Below, one piece after another: positions 39,196 to 49,985 of a stretch of 64,000 bases of DNA (its first letter is position 1; the number at the start of each line of letters is the position of its first letter). This DNA comes from Candidatus Latescibacterota bacterium. GTDB taxonomy: Bacteria > Latescibacterota > UBA2968 > UBA8231. The stretch lies in assembly GCA_965223905.1 (NCBI GenBank), contig CBDCXV010000011.1, positions 2,048,001 through 2,112,000 on the forward strand. The letters run 5' to 3'. The translations under genes and the position numbers were made by a program. The notes below the pieces were generated by a model. It saw nothing but the letters and a program-made list of their open reading frames with translations. It was not told where the DNA came from and ran no database searches.

Positions 39196-42100
39196 ATGAA
39201 AGCCCTATTTCTTCGCTCCGCCCTTTTCGCCCTGCTCGCCCTCGTTCTCACACCGCCGGCGTTCCTCCATGCTTCGCCTTCACTTGCCGACGGCTTGCAT
39301 TTCTGCGCCCCTCTCGATTACGAGCAGTGGCGCCGCGATCACCCCCGCCCCGCAGCCAAGCGGTTGGCCGATCTCGACACCGGCGAACCCCGCACCGTGC
39401 GCCTCTTCTACTTCCTGCCCAACGACCGCCCGTATCAGGCCGGTGTGGTCGATTCCATGAAAACGGCGATTCGCCAAGTCCAGACCTTTTTTGGCGAGCA
39501 GATGCAGGCGCACGGGTTCGGGTACAAAACCTTCCGCTTCGAGACCGACGACCAGGACGAACCGCTGGTTCACCGCGTGGATGGGCAACACCCCGACAGG
39601 CACTATGTCGAGGGCACGTTTGGGGCTATGTACGAAGAGATGAAGGAGGTATTCGATCTCTCGGCGAATATCAACGTTCTCCTCATCGACAACAGCACAA
39701 ACAAGATCAATAGAAAATACTCCGGAACAGGGGCTCGGTGGTCGAAACATAGTGGTCATGCGTCACTGACCGACCTGTTTATCTGGCAGATCATTGCCCA
39801 TGAGCTCGGACATGCCTTCGGCTTGCCGCACGATTTCCGCGATGATGCGTACATCATGTCGTATGGATTTGACCCGAGCCCTTCTCTATCTGTGTGCAGT
39901 GCCGAATTTCTGGCCGTGCATCCCTACTTCAATCCCGATGTTTCGATGACAGAGTCTGAGGGGCCGGCAATCGAGCGCCTTTCATCGCCTGCCTATCCGG
40001 CCGGCTCGGAGAGTGTTGCGATCCAGCTCAGAGTCAGCGATGCAGATGAACTACACCATGTGCGCCTAAACGTTCTGACCAGGGACACACACACCTTAGA
40101 TGCAGGATTCGAGGAACTGAAGTCATGCCGTGGATTGGCCGGCGAGGAAGAAGAAGTCGTTGAGTTCGAGTACGACGGCGTAATTCCCTCCGGAAAGGAT
40201 TATGGCTTTACGGACCTGTCCGACCCTCCCATACATCCAATCTTCATTGAGGCAGTCGATACTGACGGTAATATTGGATGGACCTTTTTCAATATCTGGG
40301 AGATTTCGCCACAACATATCGCAACCATCGAGGGGCATACGAGTGGGGTCCGCTCTGTGGTGTTTTCACCCGATGGGACGACCCTCGCTTCCGGTGCAGG
40401 GGATGGAATCAAGCTGTGGGACGGTTCCACGCGAACCACTACCGCCACCCTGTCCGGCGGCACCGCTTCGGTGTCCTTCTCACCCGATGGCAGGATCCTC
40501 GCCTTCGGGTCCGGGCTCGACATCGAACTGTGGGACGTGGCGACGGACCGGAGTATCGCCACTCTCTCCGGGCATACGCACCCGATCCGCTCCCTGGCCT
40601 TTTCGCCAGACGGCGCGATGCTCGCCTCGGGGGCCCCGGAGGCCATCCGACTGTGGAACCTGGAAACGCGGACAAGTACCGCGACCCTTCCCGCCGGCGC
40701 CGCCTCGGTGGCCTTCTCCCCCGACGGGGCGACTCTCGCCTCCAGCTCCGGAGATGGAGTCCAGCTCTGGGACGTGGCGACGCAGACCGATGTCGCGACT
40801 TACCGGCATAGCGGTGGGGTCACCGTCGCGTTTTCACCCGACGGCACAAAGCTCGTTTCGGGTTCCTTCGATCTCACGGTCATGCTGTGGGACGTGGCGA
40901 CGGGCGAGAACGTCGCCGTCCTCGGAGGACATGATCAGCCCGTCAGATCGGTGACCTTTTCAACCGACGGAACCCTGCTCGCTTCCGGGACGAACCTGGC
41001 GGTGAATTTGTGGGACCCGGTGACGAAGGGCAGGCTCGCCGTGCTGCAAGGTGAGAGCAGGGGGGCCAACACCCTGGCCTTTTCGCCAGACGGCACAACC
41101 CTGGCTGGGGGAACTGAGGACGGCAGGATCGACCTGTGGGACGTATCCAAGTGGCTGCAGCCCCGTCCTCGAATTCTGGTGAAGGTTTCCGGCGACGACC
41201 AGCAGGGCACGCCCGGTTCAGAGTTGGCGAACCCTTATGTCGTCGAGGTAAGGGATCAGTACGACAATCCCCTGCAGGGGGTTCAGGTCACGTTTTCGGT
41301 CACCGCAGGGGACGGCACCCTCGGCGGGAGGTTCACGCTTGAGAAGGCGACGACCGACGCCGACGGCCGGACTCAGGCCGTCCTGACTCTCGGGCCCGGC
41401 CCGGGAACAAACACCGTCGAGGCAACGGTTCCCGGGCTCGAGCTGGTGACGTTCGGTGCGGTGGGGGTCGGAACGACCTCTGCACCCGTCATGGAGGGTG
41501 ATCTGCATACCTGGCATCTGCCCGACGGCGCCGTTGCCCGCCTGGGAAAAGGACGCATAAGCCGAGGAGACAGGGCGATTGCCTTTTCTCCCGATGGTCA
41601 ACTCCTCGGCGTGGGGAGTGAAACCGGTACTTGGCTTTACGACGTGATGACTTCTCGTGCAGTCGCCCTGTTGCCCATTGGGTACGCGGTCATGTCGGTT
41701 GCGTTTTCGCCCGATGGGTCCAAGCTCGCCTCCGCCCGATTGCTGTGGGACGTGGCTACCGGCTCCCATACCCCTCTCGAATCCTTCTATTCAGTGGCGT
41801 TTTCACCCGACGGGACAATGCTCGCCTTGGGAACTTATGACAGCAAGATCAAGCTGTGGGACACTGCTGCGGGCACCACTACCGCCACCTATGAACATCG
41901 GGGCACTGTCTACTCAGTGGCGTTTTCGCCCGACGGCACAAAGCTCGTTACGGGCAACATCGAGGGCAGGGTCATGTTGTGGGACCTGGCGACTGGGACT
42001 CATGCAACCTTGGAGGGGCATAAGGACGTGGTCCAGTCCGTGGCCTTTTCGCCCGACGGGACGACTTTCGCTTCCGGATCCGACGACCACACGGTCAGAC

Positions 42101-44673
42101 TTTGGGATGCCGAGACGGGCACTCATATCGCCACGCTCGAGGGACATACGAGCTGGGTCTTCTCCGTGGCGTTTTCGCCCGATGGGAAAATCCTTGCTTC
42201 CGGGGCGTCGGATGGCACCGTCAGACTGTGGGACGTAGCGACGAGGACCAATTCCGCCACCTTCGAGGGACATACAGGTTGGGTCAGGTCAGTGGCATTT
42301 TCACCCGACGGAACTACTCTCGCTTCCATGGCGACGGATGGCAGGGTCAGGCTTTGGGAGGTGGCAACGGGCAGCGCCTCCACCGTAACGGATGAACATA
42401 GTGGCTGGGTCAGAGACGTGGCATTTTCACCCGATGGAACAAAACTCGCTTCGGGTTATGACTTCAAAAAGCTTGAGTTGTGGGACGTGGCAACGGGTGC
42501 CAATACCGCCACCCTCGAGGGCCACACACAGAGGATCAATGCTGTCGGGTTTTCGCCCGATGGAACCATCCTGGCCTCGGGATCTTCGGATGGCACCGTC
42601 AGACTGTGGGACGCGGCTACCGGTTCCGATATCGCTTCTCTTGAAACGCATGGATCCAGAAATTGGGTCAGCAATCTGGCCTTTTCCCCCGATGGAACGA
42701 TGATCGCTTCGGGACATGGTAATGGCACGGCCAAATTGTGGGACGTGGCCACGGGCGCCAATACCGCCACCCTCGAGGGACATACGTACCCGGTCTACCC
42801 TCTGGTATTCTCGCCTGATGGGAAGATCCTCGCTTCCGGTGACGCGATTTTCATTGATGGCGGGTCGTCGGATCCAAAGATCAGGCTGTGGGACGTGTCG
42901 ACCGGCACGAAGACCGCGACGTATGAATTGGATACGGATTGGATATACTCCATATCGTTTTCGCCAGAAATGACGCCCATTGCTCTAGGGGGATTCGGGG
43001 ATGGTACAGCCGAGTTGTGGGATCTGGCAACGGCCACCAGGATTGCCAAACGTTCCGAGACGCGTTTGATCTACTCCGCGGCATTTTCACCCGATGAAAG
43101 CATGCTCGTTTTCGGATCATCTTCCTGGAATCGTCCAACGGTCGAACTTTGGGATATCGGGGCTGAAACACAGATAGCGACCCTCTACGGTCATGGGGAT
43201 CAAGTCAGTACTGTGGCATTTTCGCCCGACGGAACGACCTTCGCTTCCGGGTCCCGGGACGGCACGATTCTGCTGTGGGATACGCAGCTTGTCCTGCCCC
43301 ACCCCCGCACCCTTACCAAGCTCTCCGGCGATAAACAGCAGGGATTGCCTGAATCAACGTTGCCCCAGCCGTTTGAAGTTTCCGTGTTGGACCAGAACGG
43401 GGACCCTCTTCCCGGGGCGACCGTCACGTTCACGGTCACCGCCGGCGGAGGTTCCCTGTCGGCAACCACTGCAACTACCGATGCCAACGGCCGCGCCGCC
43501 GCTACCCTGACCCTGGGAAGCGCTCCCGAAAGAAATACAGTTGCGGTAAGGGTAGCCGAGCTGAAACCGGTGATCTTCGGCGCCACTGCTCAGGCGGTTC
43601 CGACAAGCCTGACCAAGCTCTCCGGCGATAAACAGGAGGGACCGGCCGGAGCTGCCCTGTCCGCGCCGTTGGTTGTTGTAGTCCGGGATCAAATCAACAA
43701 TCCGTTCGAAGGTGCCCAGGTCACCTTCGCGGTTACCGCCGGCGAGGGAACTCTCTCCGCAACCACCGACACAACCGATGCCAACGGCCGCGCTGCCAGC
43801 GCCCTGACCCTGGGCAGCCTGCCGGGGGCCAACACCGTCTCGGTAAGGGTGGCCAAGCTGAAGCCGGTTGCCTTCATCGCCACCGGGCAGGCGATTCCCC
43901 AAAGCCTGACCAAGCTCTCCGGCGATGAGCAGCAGGCAGCGCCCGGGGCTTCGCTGCCCCAGCCGTTGGTGGTTTCGGTGGTCGATCAGAACGGGGACCC
44001 GTTTCCCGGGGCCGCCGTCACCTTGGCGGTAACCGCCGGCGACGGGACCCTCTCCGCAACCTCCGTCACCACGGATGAAAACGGCCGCGCCGCCAGCACC
44101 CTGACCCTGGGAAGCCTGCCGGGAACGAACACCATCGCAGTATCCGTGGCCGGGCTCGACCCCGTGACCTTCACCGCCACCGCGGAAGCCACCCCCGACT
44201 TCGACGGCGACGGCGAGACCGGCTTCTCCGACTTCTTCCTCATGGCCGACGCCTTCGGCGGCAATGACCCCCGCTTCGACCTCGACGGCAGCGGCAGCGT
44301 CGACTTCGGCGACTTCTTCCTCTTCGCCGACCACTTCGGACAGCCTGCCCGGGGCAAGCTGATGGCCCTGGCACGGGAGATGATCGGCCTGCCGGACGGA
44401 CCGCAGCTGCAGCAGAACGCCCCGAATCCTTTCAACAGCGAAACCCTCATCTCCTGGTTTCAGCTGAGACCGGGTTTCGCGCGAGTGGAGGTGTTTGCCC
44501 TGACCGGGCAGCGGGTGGCGGTGCTGCACCAGGGGCCGAAGAAGGCGGGGGTCCACCGCGTCCACTGGAACGGCCGCGACAACCGGGGCCGTCCCCTGGC
44601 CAGCGGGGTATACCTGTACCGATTGGTCACTACCGAGAGCGTCCAGACCCGCAAACTCACCCTGCTGCAATAA
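39196..44673 (+). CDS. Array slot 1: secreted metzincin peptidase-WD40-Ig-WD40-Ig(n)-EF-hand/dockerin-like-FlgD protein
   Basis: Signal peptide, HELGHAFGLPHD…IMSY, many SVAFSPDG…LWD repeats, KLSGDxQ Big_1-like repeats, DFDGDG…DLDGSG pair, QNAPNPFN…SGVYLYRL…TRKLTLLQ. Confidence 0.92.
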   Translation: MKALFLRSALFALLALVLTPPAFLHASPSLADGLHFCAPLDYEQWRRDHPRPAAKRLADLDTGEPRTVRLFYFLPNDRPYQAGVVDSMKTAIRQVQTFFGEQMQAHGFGYKTFRFETDDQDEPLVHRVDGQHPDRHYVEGTFGAMYEEMKEVFDLSANINVLLIDNSTNKINRKYSGTGARWSKHSGHASLTDLFIWQIIAHELGHAFGLPHDFRDDAYIMSYGFDPSPSLSVCSAEFLAVHPYFNPDVSMTESEGPAIERLSSPAYPAGSESVAIQLRVSDADELHHVRLNVLTRDTHTLDAGFEELKSCRGLAGEEEEVVEFEYDGVIPSGKDYGFTDLSDPPIHPIFIEAVDTDGNIGWTFFNIWEISPQHIATIEGHTSGVRSVVFSPDGTTLASGAGDGIKLWDGSTRTTTATLSGGTASVSFSPDGRILAFGSGLDIELWDVATDRSIATLSGHTHPIRSLAFSPDGAMLASGAPEAIRLWNLETRTSTATLPAGAASVAFSPDGATLASSSGDGVQLWDVATQTDVATYRHSGGVTVAFSPDGTKLVSGSFDLTVMLWDVATGENVAVLGGHDQPVRSVTFSTDGTLLASGTNLAVNLWDPVTKGRLAVLQGESRGANTLAFSPDGTTLAGGTEDGRIDLWDVSKWLQPRPRILVKVSGDDQQGTPGSELANPYVVEVRDQYDNPLQGVQVTFSVTAGDGTLGGRFTLEKATTDADGRTQAVLTLGPGPGTNTVEATVPGLELVTFGAVGVGTTSAPVMEGDLHTWHLPDGAVARLGKGRISRGDRAIAFSPDGQLLGVGSETGTWLYDVMTSRAVALLPIGYAVMSVAFSPDGSKLASARLLWDVATGSHTPLESFYSVAFSPDGTMLALGTYDSKIKLWDTAAGTTTATYEHRGTVYSVAFSPDGTKLVTGNIEGRVMLWDLATGTHATLEGHKDVVQSVAFSPDGTTFASGSDDHTVRLWDAETGTHIATLEGHTSWVFSVAFSPDGKILASGASDGTVRLWDVATRTNSATFEGHTGWVRSVAFSPDGTTLASMATDGRVRLWEVATGSASTVTDEHSGWVRDVAFSPDGTKLASGYDFKKLELWDVATGANTATLEGHTQRINAVGFSPDGTILASGSSDGTVRLWDAATGSDIASLETHGSRNWVSNLAFSPDGTMIASGHGNGTAKLWDVATGANTATLEGHTYPVYPLVFSPDGKILASGDAIFIDGGSSDPKIRLWDVSTGTKTATYELDTDWIYSISFSPEMTPIALGGFGDGTAELWDLATATRIAKRSETRLIYSAAFSPDESMLVFGSSSWNRPTVELWDIGAETQIATLYGHGDQVSTVAFSPDGTTFASGSRDGTILLWDTQLVLPHPRTLTKLSGDKQQGLPESTLPQPFEVSVLDQNGDPLPGATVTFTVTAGGGSLSATTATTDANGRAAATLTLGSAPERNTVAVRVAELKPVIFGATAQAVPTSLTKLSGDKQEGPAGAALSAPLVVVVRDQINNPFEGAQVTFAVTAGEGTLSATTDTTDANGRAASALTLGSLPGANTVSVRVAKLKPVAFIATGQAIPQSLTKLSGDEQQAAPGASLPQPLVVSVVDQNGDPFPGAAVTLAVTAGDGTLSATSVTTDENGRAASTLTLGSLPGTNTIAVSVAGLDPVTFTATAEATPDFDGDGETGFSDFFLMADAFGGNDPRFDLDGSGSVDFGDFFLFADHFGQPARGKLMALAREMIGLPDGPQLQQNAPNPFNSETLISWFQLRPGFARVEVFALTGQRVAVLHQGPKKAGVHRVHWNGRDNRGRPLASGVYLYRLVTTESVQTRKLTLLQ

Positions 44674-44751
44674 AGGCTTAGTGGTGGCAACAACCCTTTC
44701 ACGATCGACCCTCCCGCAAAAGCAAACGTTGGCATACAGGAGCCTGACCCA

Positions 44752-46061
44752 ATGAATGCCCCCGTTCTTCGTTCCGCCCTTTTCGCCCTGCTGGCTCTCG
44801 TTCTCTCGCCGCCGGCGTTCCTCCATGCTTCGCCTCCACCTGCCGACAGCCTGCAATACTGCCTGCCGCTCGATTTCCAGCCGGAGCAGCACGACACCAA
44901 TGCCGCGGCCAAGCGGCTGGCGGATCTCGACACCGGCGAACCCCGCACCGTGCGCCTCTTCTACTTCCTGCCCAACGACCGCCCGTATCGGCCGGACGCG
45001 GTTCAGAGGATAAAGGACGAAATCCGCAACATTCAGACCTTCTACGGCGAGCAGATGGAGGCCCACGGGTATGGATACAAGACCTTCCGCTTCGAGACCG
45101 ACGACGAGGGGGAGCCGCTGGTTCACCGGGTGGATGGGCAACATCCCGATAGTCACTATCTGGGCGGAACGTGGGCTCTGGTCGGCGAGGTTGAACAGGT
45201 GTTCGATCTGTCGAAGAGTATCGCTGTCTTCGTCATCGATAACAGCAACAACCGGATCAACAGGACTGCGGCCGGATCGGCGACCTGGAGCTCGAAACAG
45301 AGCGGAGTCCTTTTGGTGCCGGAGGAATTCAGCTGGCAAACCCTGGCCCATGAACTGGGACACACCTTCGGTATGGGACACGATTTCCGCGACGATACCT
45401 ACATCCTGTCATTCGGGCGGAGTGAGCGAAGGTTTCTGTCTGCTTGCAGCGCCGGATTTCTGGCCGTTCATCCCTACTTCAATCCCGATGTTGGAGTCGA
45501 GTGGGCAGAGGCGCCGGCCATCGAGCTCCTTTCGGCACCTGGGTATCCGGAAGGCTCGGAGAGCGTCTCGATCCGGCTCAGACTCAGCGACGCGCATGGC
45601 CTCCATCTAGTTCGCTTGAGGGTTCCCACGAGAGAGACGCACAACCCCGCCTATGATAGAGGAGGCTGGGAACTGAAGTTGTGCCGTGGAATGATGGGCG
45701 AGGAAGAAGCCGAGATTGAAATCGAATACGACGGCGTGGTCCCTTCGGGCAGTGACTGGGGCTTTACGGATCTTTCCGACCCGAAAGTGCATCCGATTTC
45801 CCTCATCGCGGTCGACAGGGACGGAAACAGGGCAGGCATCAGTTTCCATCTGTGGAAAGTGTCGCGGCAGCATCTGGCCACCTTCGAGCTTGCGGAGAAG
45901 GTCCATGCGCTGGCCTTTGCGCCCGGTGGCGCCACGCTGGCCTCCGGGTCGGGAGAGGGCACCGAGCTGTGGGACCTGGAGACGCGGAACAGGTGCCACG
46001 ACCTCCGTGCCCGGCGAGGCCCGAAAGCGCCCAGACCCGCAAACTCACCCTGCTCCGGTAG
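44752..46061 (+). pseudogene. Array slot 2: paralog with an intact peptidase domain, collapsed by a large internal deletion and frameshift
   Basis: HELGHTFGMGHD. After the first WD40 repeat (~45990-46020) the sequence jumps to the family's last codons ESAQTRKLTLLR* (46022-46061), out of frame. Confidence 0.82.
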
Positions 46062-46136
46062 GCACCCGGAAAACGGGCCCCCACAGCCCTTGGGTCGAGG
46101 CTCATGGATTACCGCGAAACCGCAGGAATCTCACCC

Positions 46137-46250
46137 ATGGAAGCCCCCCTCAAACTCACCCTGCTCCGGCAGGCAGGAAACACAGCTGTAACACCCCTCC
46201 AAGCCCGGCCCTTGGATACTTACCGAAACTTCAGGAGCCCGACTCCATGA
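46137..46250 (+). pseudogene. Array slot 3: empty cassette (family start fused directly to family end)
   Basis: CAGGAATCTCACCC-ATG GAA GCC CCC CTC AAA CTC ACC CTG CTC CGG CAG (MEAPLKLTLLR), with CAG where paralogs have TAG; reads on to a TGA overlapping the slot-4 ATG. Confidence 0.7.
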
Positions 46251-49200
46251 AAGCCCTTCTGATTTTTTCCTTGCTCGGAGTGGTTCTGCTCCCGCCGGAA
46301 TTCGTCCATGCTTCCCCTTCACCTGCGGACAGCCTGCATTTCAGCACGTTCACCTCAACGGCAGGAGATGGCACCTTCAGCGGGAGATTCAAGCTTGAGA
46401 GGGCGACGACCGGTGCCGACGGCCGGGCACAGGCCGTCCTCACCCTGGGACACGATCCGGGAACCAACACCTTCGAGGCAGCGGTTCCCGGGCTCGAGCT
46501 GCTGACGTTAAACGCGGTGGGGGTCGGAACGCCATCTACTCCTGAAATGGAGGGTGATTTCCAGAGATGGCATCTACCCCCGGGCGCCATTCTCCGTCTG
46601 GGAAAAGGACGGATTGGTACGGGGGACAGGGTTGTTGTCTTTTCGCCTGATGGCCTACTCCTCGCCGTCGGAAGCGAAATCGGCGTCTGGTTGTACGAAG
46701 TGGCCACTTCCCGAGAGCTTGCGCTGCTGCCTGCGGCCCCTGTCGCGGCCGTAGCGTTTGCCCCGGATGGGTCGATGCTGGCCTCCGCCGGGTCGTACGG
46801 AGATCGCACCGTCAAGTTGTGGGACCTGGCGACAGCGAACCTTTTGGAAACCATCGATCTCGAGGCCGATGCATTGGCGTTTTCACCTGACGGTACAACC
46901 CTGGCCTGCGGGTCGAAGTATGGAATCGACCTGTGGGACCTGGCGACGGGCACCAGGACGTCAACCATCTCCCATGAGCAAAATGCATGGGGGATTAATT
47001 CGTTGGCCTTTTCGCCGGATGGCACCACCCTGGCTTCCGGATCATGGTCGGATTATTTCGTCAGACTGTGGGACGTGACCACCGCCACCCATACCGCATC
47101 CCTGGACGGTCATGCGAATGAGGTTGAATCTGTGGCGTTTTCGCCCGACGGAACTACCCTTGCTTCCGGATCCCGGGATCGCACGGTCAGGCTGTGGGAC
47201 GTGGCCACAGGTGTCAATTCCGCCACCCTCGAGGGCCATATGGGCTTTGTCTACTCCGTGGCGTTTTCGCCCGATGGCACGACCGTCGCTTCCGGGTCGT
47301 GGGATGATGCAGTCAGGCTGTGGGACGTGGCCACCGGTGCAAACACCGCATCCTCCGAGGTCCATTCAGGCCGGGTCTATTCCGTGGCGTTTTCGCCCGA
47401 AGGAACTACCCTTGCTTTCGGGTCAACAAGTGATGGGACCGTCAGACTGTGGGACGTGGCCACAGGTGACGCCCATGCCTTTGCGAAGGGGCACAAGGGA
47501 TGGCTCAATACCGTGGCTTTCTCGCCCGATGGGACAACCATTGCATCCGGATACGACCATAAGACGATCGAGCTGTGGAACGTGGCGACGGGAGCCAGTA
47601 CCGCGGTCTTGGAGGGCCACAATTCAATAATCAATGACGTATCGTTTTCCCCTGACGGAACCATCCTCGCTTCCGGCTCGTCGGATAACACCGTCAAGCT
47701 GTGGGACGTGGCGACGGGAGCCAATACCGCCACCCTGGATACGCGCGAGCACCGTAGTTGGGTCGGCATCGTTGCCTTCTCTCCCGATGGAACGAGGATT
47801 GCTTCGGGACAGGGCAACGGCATCGCCAAGCTTTGGGACACGGCAACGGGAACAAATGCCGCCACTCTCAGGGGGCATACGAATCCGGTCAGTGTCCTGG
47901 CTTTTTCGCCTGACGGAACAGTCCTAGCCACCGGTGAAGGGCCGGACCTTGTTACCGAAACCTCCTCTGCTCCAATGGTCAAACTGTGGGATGTGGCGTC
48001 GGGGAACAATACCGCCACATTCGAATTGCCTACCGATTCCATAATCTCATTGTGGTTTACGCCCGATGGCAGGCCCATTGCTTCCGGTGGGCTGGGAGGG
48101 TGGCCTAGTGAAACGGTAGAGTTGTGGAACCTTGCGGATAACACCCTTATCGCCACCCTCTCCTTCGAAGAGTTGTGGGTTTACTCGATGATGGTTTTTT
48201 CGGGAACGGATGTCGACCAGATTGACCTGTTCGAGGTACGGGGGCTGGCCAGCGGAACCTACATCGCCACCCTGGGAGCCCACAGGGGTTTGATCACGGG
48301 TACGGTGTTCTCGCGGGACGGAAGAACCTTCGCTTCCAGTTCCGGAAATGGCACGATTCTGCTGTGGGATACGAAACTTTTTCTACCCCATCCCCGGACC
48401 TTGATCAAGTTCTCCGGCGACGACCAGCAAAGTCCCGCAGGGGCCGCTTTAACCAAGCCCTTGGTGGTTATGGTACACGACCAGTACGGGAACCCCCTTC
48501 CCGGGGCGATCGTCACTTTCGCCGTCACGGCCGGGGGAGGTTCCCTGTCGGCAACCACCGCCACCACCGATGCCGAGGGCCGCGCCGCCGTCACCCTGAC
48601 CTTGGGTAGCGATCCCGGGAGAAACACCGTCGCTGCAAAGGTCGCCGAACTGAAACCAGTGATCTTCGGGGCAACAGGGAAGGCGATTCCCCGAACCCTG
48701 GCCAAACTCTCAGGCGATGAGCAGGGAGGGCCGGCAGGAACGGCTCTGGCCGAGCCGTTTGTAGTCGAGGTCCGTAATCAGGACAACAATCCCCTCGAAG
48801 GTGCCCAGGTCACATTTGCCATCACCGCTGGAGGTGGGACGCTCTCGGCAACCACGGCCACCACCGATGCAAACGGCCGCGCCTCAAGCACCCTGACCTT
48901 GGGAACCGAGCCTGGAACGAACGTCGTCGCGGCAATCGCCGCGGAACTCGATCCGGTGACCTTCACCGCCAGCGGGGCGGCCATTCCAAAAAGCCTGACC
49001 AAGATCTCGGGGGATGAGCAGGAAGCCCCGGCTGGGGCCTCTTTGGTCGAGCCCTTCGTTGCCGAGGTCCGTGATCTGGACAACAATCCCCTCGCCGATG
49101 TCCAGGTCACCTTTGCGGTAACGGCCGGAAGCGGGACGCTCTCGGTAACCACGGCCACTACCGATGCCGATGGCCGCGCTTCCACCACCCTCACCTTGGG

Positions 49201-49759
49201 GCTGACGGGAGCCAACACCGTCACCGTATCCGTGGCCGGGCTGGAGTCCATCACCTTCACTGGCACCGCCAAGGCAACCCCCGACTTCGACGGCGACGGA
49301 GAGACCGGCTTCTCCGACTTCTTCCTCTTCGCCGACGCCTTCGGCGGCAGCGACCCCCGCTTCGACCTCGACGGCAGCGGCAGCGTCGACTTCGGCGATT
49401 TCTTCCTGCTCGCCGACCACTTCGGGGATCCGGCCCGCGGGAAGCTGCTGGCCCTTGCCCGGGAGATGATCGGCCTGCCGTACGGCCCGCAGCTGCAGCA
49501 GAACGTCCCCAATCCCTTCAACAGCGAGACCGTCATCTCCTGGTTCCTGCTGCGGCCGGGACCGGTGCGCGTGGAGGTGTTCGCCTTGACCGGGCAGCGG
49601 GTGGCGGTCTTGCACGAGGGGACCGGGAAGGCGGGTGTTCACCGCGTCCACTGGGACGGCCGCGACGATCGGGGCCGCCACTTGGCCAGCGGAGTGTACC
49701 TGTATCGACTGGTCACTGACGAGAGGGTCCACACGCGCAAGCTCACCCTGCTCCGGTAG
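46247..49759 (+). CDS. Array slot 4: secreted WD40-Ig-EF-hand-FlgD paralog lacking the peptidase and first propeller
   Basis: RBS AGGAG; MKALLIFSLL…ADSLHF joins directly to TAGDGTFSGRF, which lies mid-Ig-domain in slot 1. Confidence 0.88.
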   Translation: MKALLIFSLLGVVLLPPEFVHASPSPADSLHFSTFTSTAGDGTFSGRFKLERATTGADGRAQAVLTLGHDPGTNTFEAAVPGLELLTLNAVGVGTPSTPEMEGDFQRWHLPPGAILRLGKGRIGTGDRVVVFSPDGLLLAVGSEIGVWLYEVATSRELALLPAAPVAAVAFAPDGSMLASAGSYGDRTVKLWDLATANLLETIDLEADALAFSPDGTTLACGSKYGIDLWDLATGTRTSTISHEQNAWGINSLAFSPDGTTLASGSWSDYFVRLWDVTTATHTASLDGHANEVESVAFSPDGTTLASGSRDRTVRLWDVATGVNSATLEGHMGFVYSVAFSPDGTTVASGSWDDAVRLWDVATGANTASSEVHSGRVYSVAFSPEGTTLAFGSTSDGTVRLWDVATGDAHAFAKGHKGWLNTVAFSPDGTTIASGYDHKTIELWNVATGASTAVLEGHNSIINDVSFSPDGTILASGSSDNTVKLWDVATGANTATLDTREHRSWVGIVAFSPDGTRIASGQGNGIAKLWDTATGTNAATLRGHTNPVSVLAFSPDGTVLATGEGPDLVTETSSAPMVKLWDVASGNNTATFELPTDSIISLWFTPDGRPIASGGLGGWPSETVELWNLADNTLIATLSFEELWVYSMMVFSGTDVDQIDLFEVRGLASGTYIATLGAHRGLITGTVFSRDGRTFASSSGNGTILLWDTKLFLPHPRTLIKFSGDDQQSPAGAALTKPLVVMVHDQYGNPLPGAIVTFAVTAGGGSLSATTATTDAEGRAAVTLTLGSDPGRNTVAAKVAELKPVIFGATGKAIPRTLAKLSGDEQGGPAGTALAEPFVVEVRNQDNNPLEGAQVTFAITAGGGTLSATTATTDANGRASSTLTLGTEPGTNVVAAIAAELDPVTFTASGAAIPKSLTKISGDEQEAPAGASLVEPFVAEVRDLDNNPLADVQVTFAVTAGSGTLSVTTATTDADGRASTTLTLGLTGANTVTVSVAGLESITFTGTAKATPDFDGDGETGFSDFFLFADAFGGSDPRFDLDGSGSVDFGDFFLLADHFGDPARGKLLALAREMIGLPYGPQLQQNVPNPFNSETVISWFLLRPGPVRVEVFALTGQRVAVLHEGTGKAGVHRVHWDGRDDRGRHLASGVYLYRLVTDERVHTRKLTLLR

Positions 49760-49799
49760 GCCGCCTCGCCATGGATTTCCTTCCCAAGTGCTTTGTTAA

Positions 49800-49970
49800 A
49801 GAGTCGGCATTGAGTTTTGGACCTTTACCAGCTTCGCATGTTCAAGATTTCAATGTCGCCATATGAGGTACTCCTGCATGCGCCGGCCGACTTCCCGATG
49901 GTCCTTGGGTTGCTGTTCTTGATGACGAAGTAGATGCGTTGCCTCCGGTAACCGCGCCGAATGGCCTTAA
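49800..49970 (-). mobile_element. Possible degenerate transposase C-terminal remnant (IS630-like)
   Basis: Frame-split peptide RIYFVIKNSNP / KDHREVGRRMQEYLIWRH resembles IS630 transposase ends and replaces the usual ~75-bp spacer. Confidence 0.3.
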
Positions 49971-49985
49971 CCGAGACTATACTTC

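Noticed and set aside
45716-46246. N-terminal extension of the 1347-aa ORF
   Set aside because: Out-of-frame read of slot 2 and the spacers; the RBS and signal peptide place the start at 46247.
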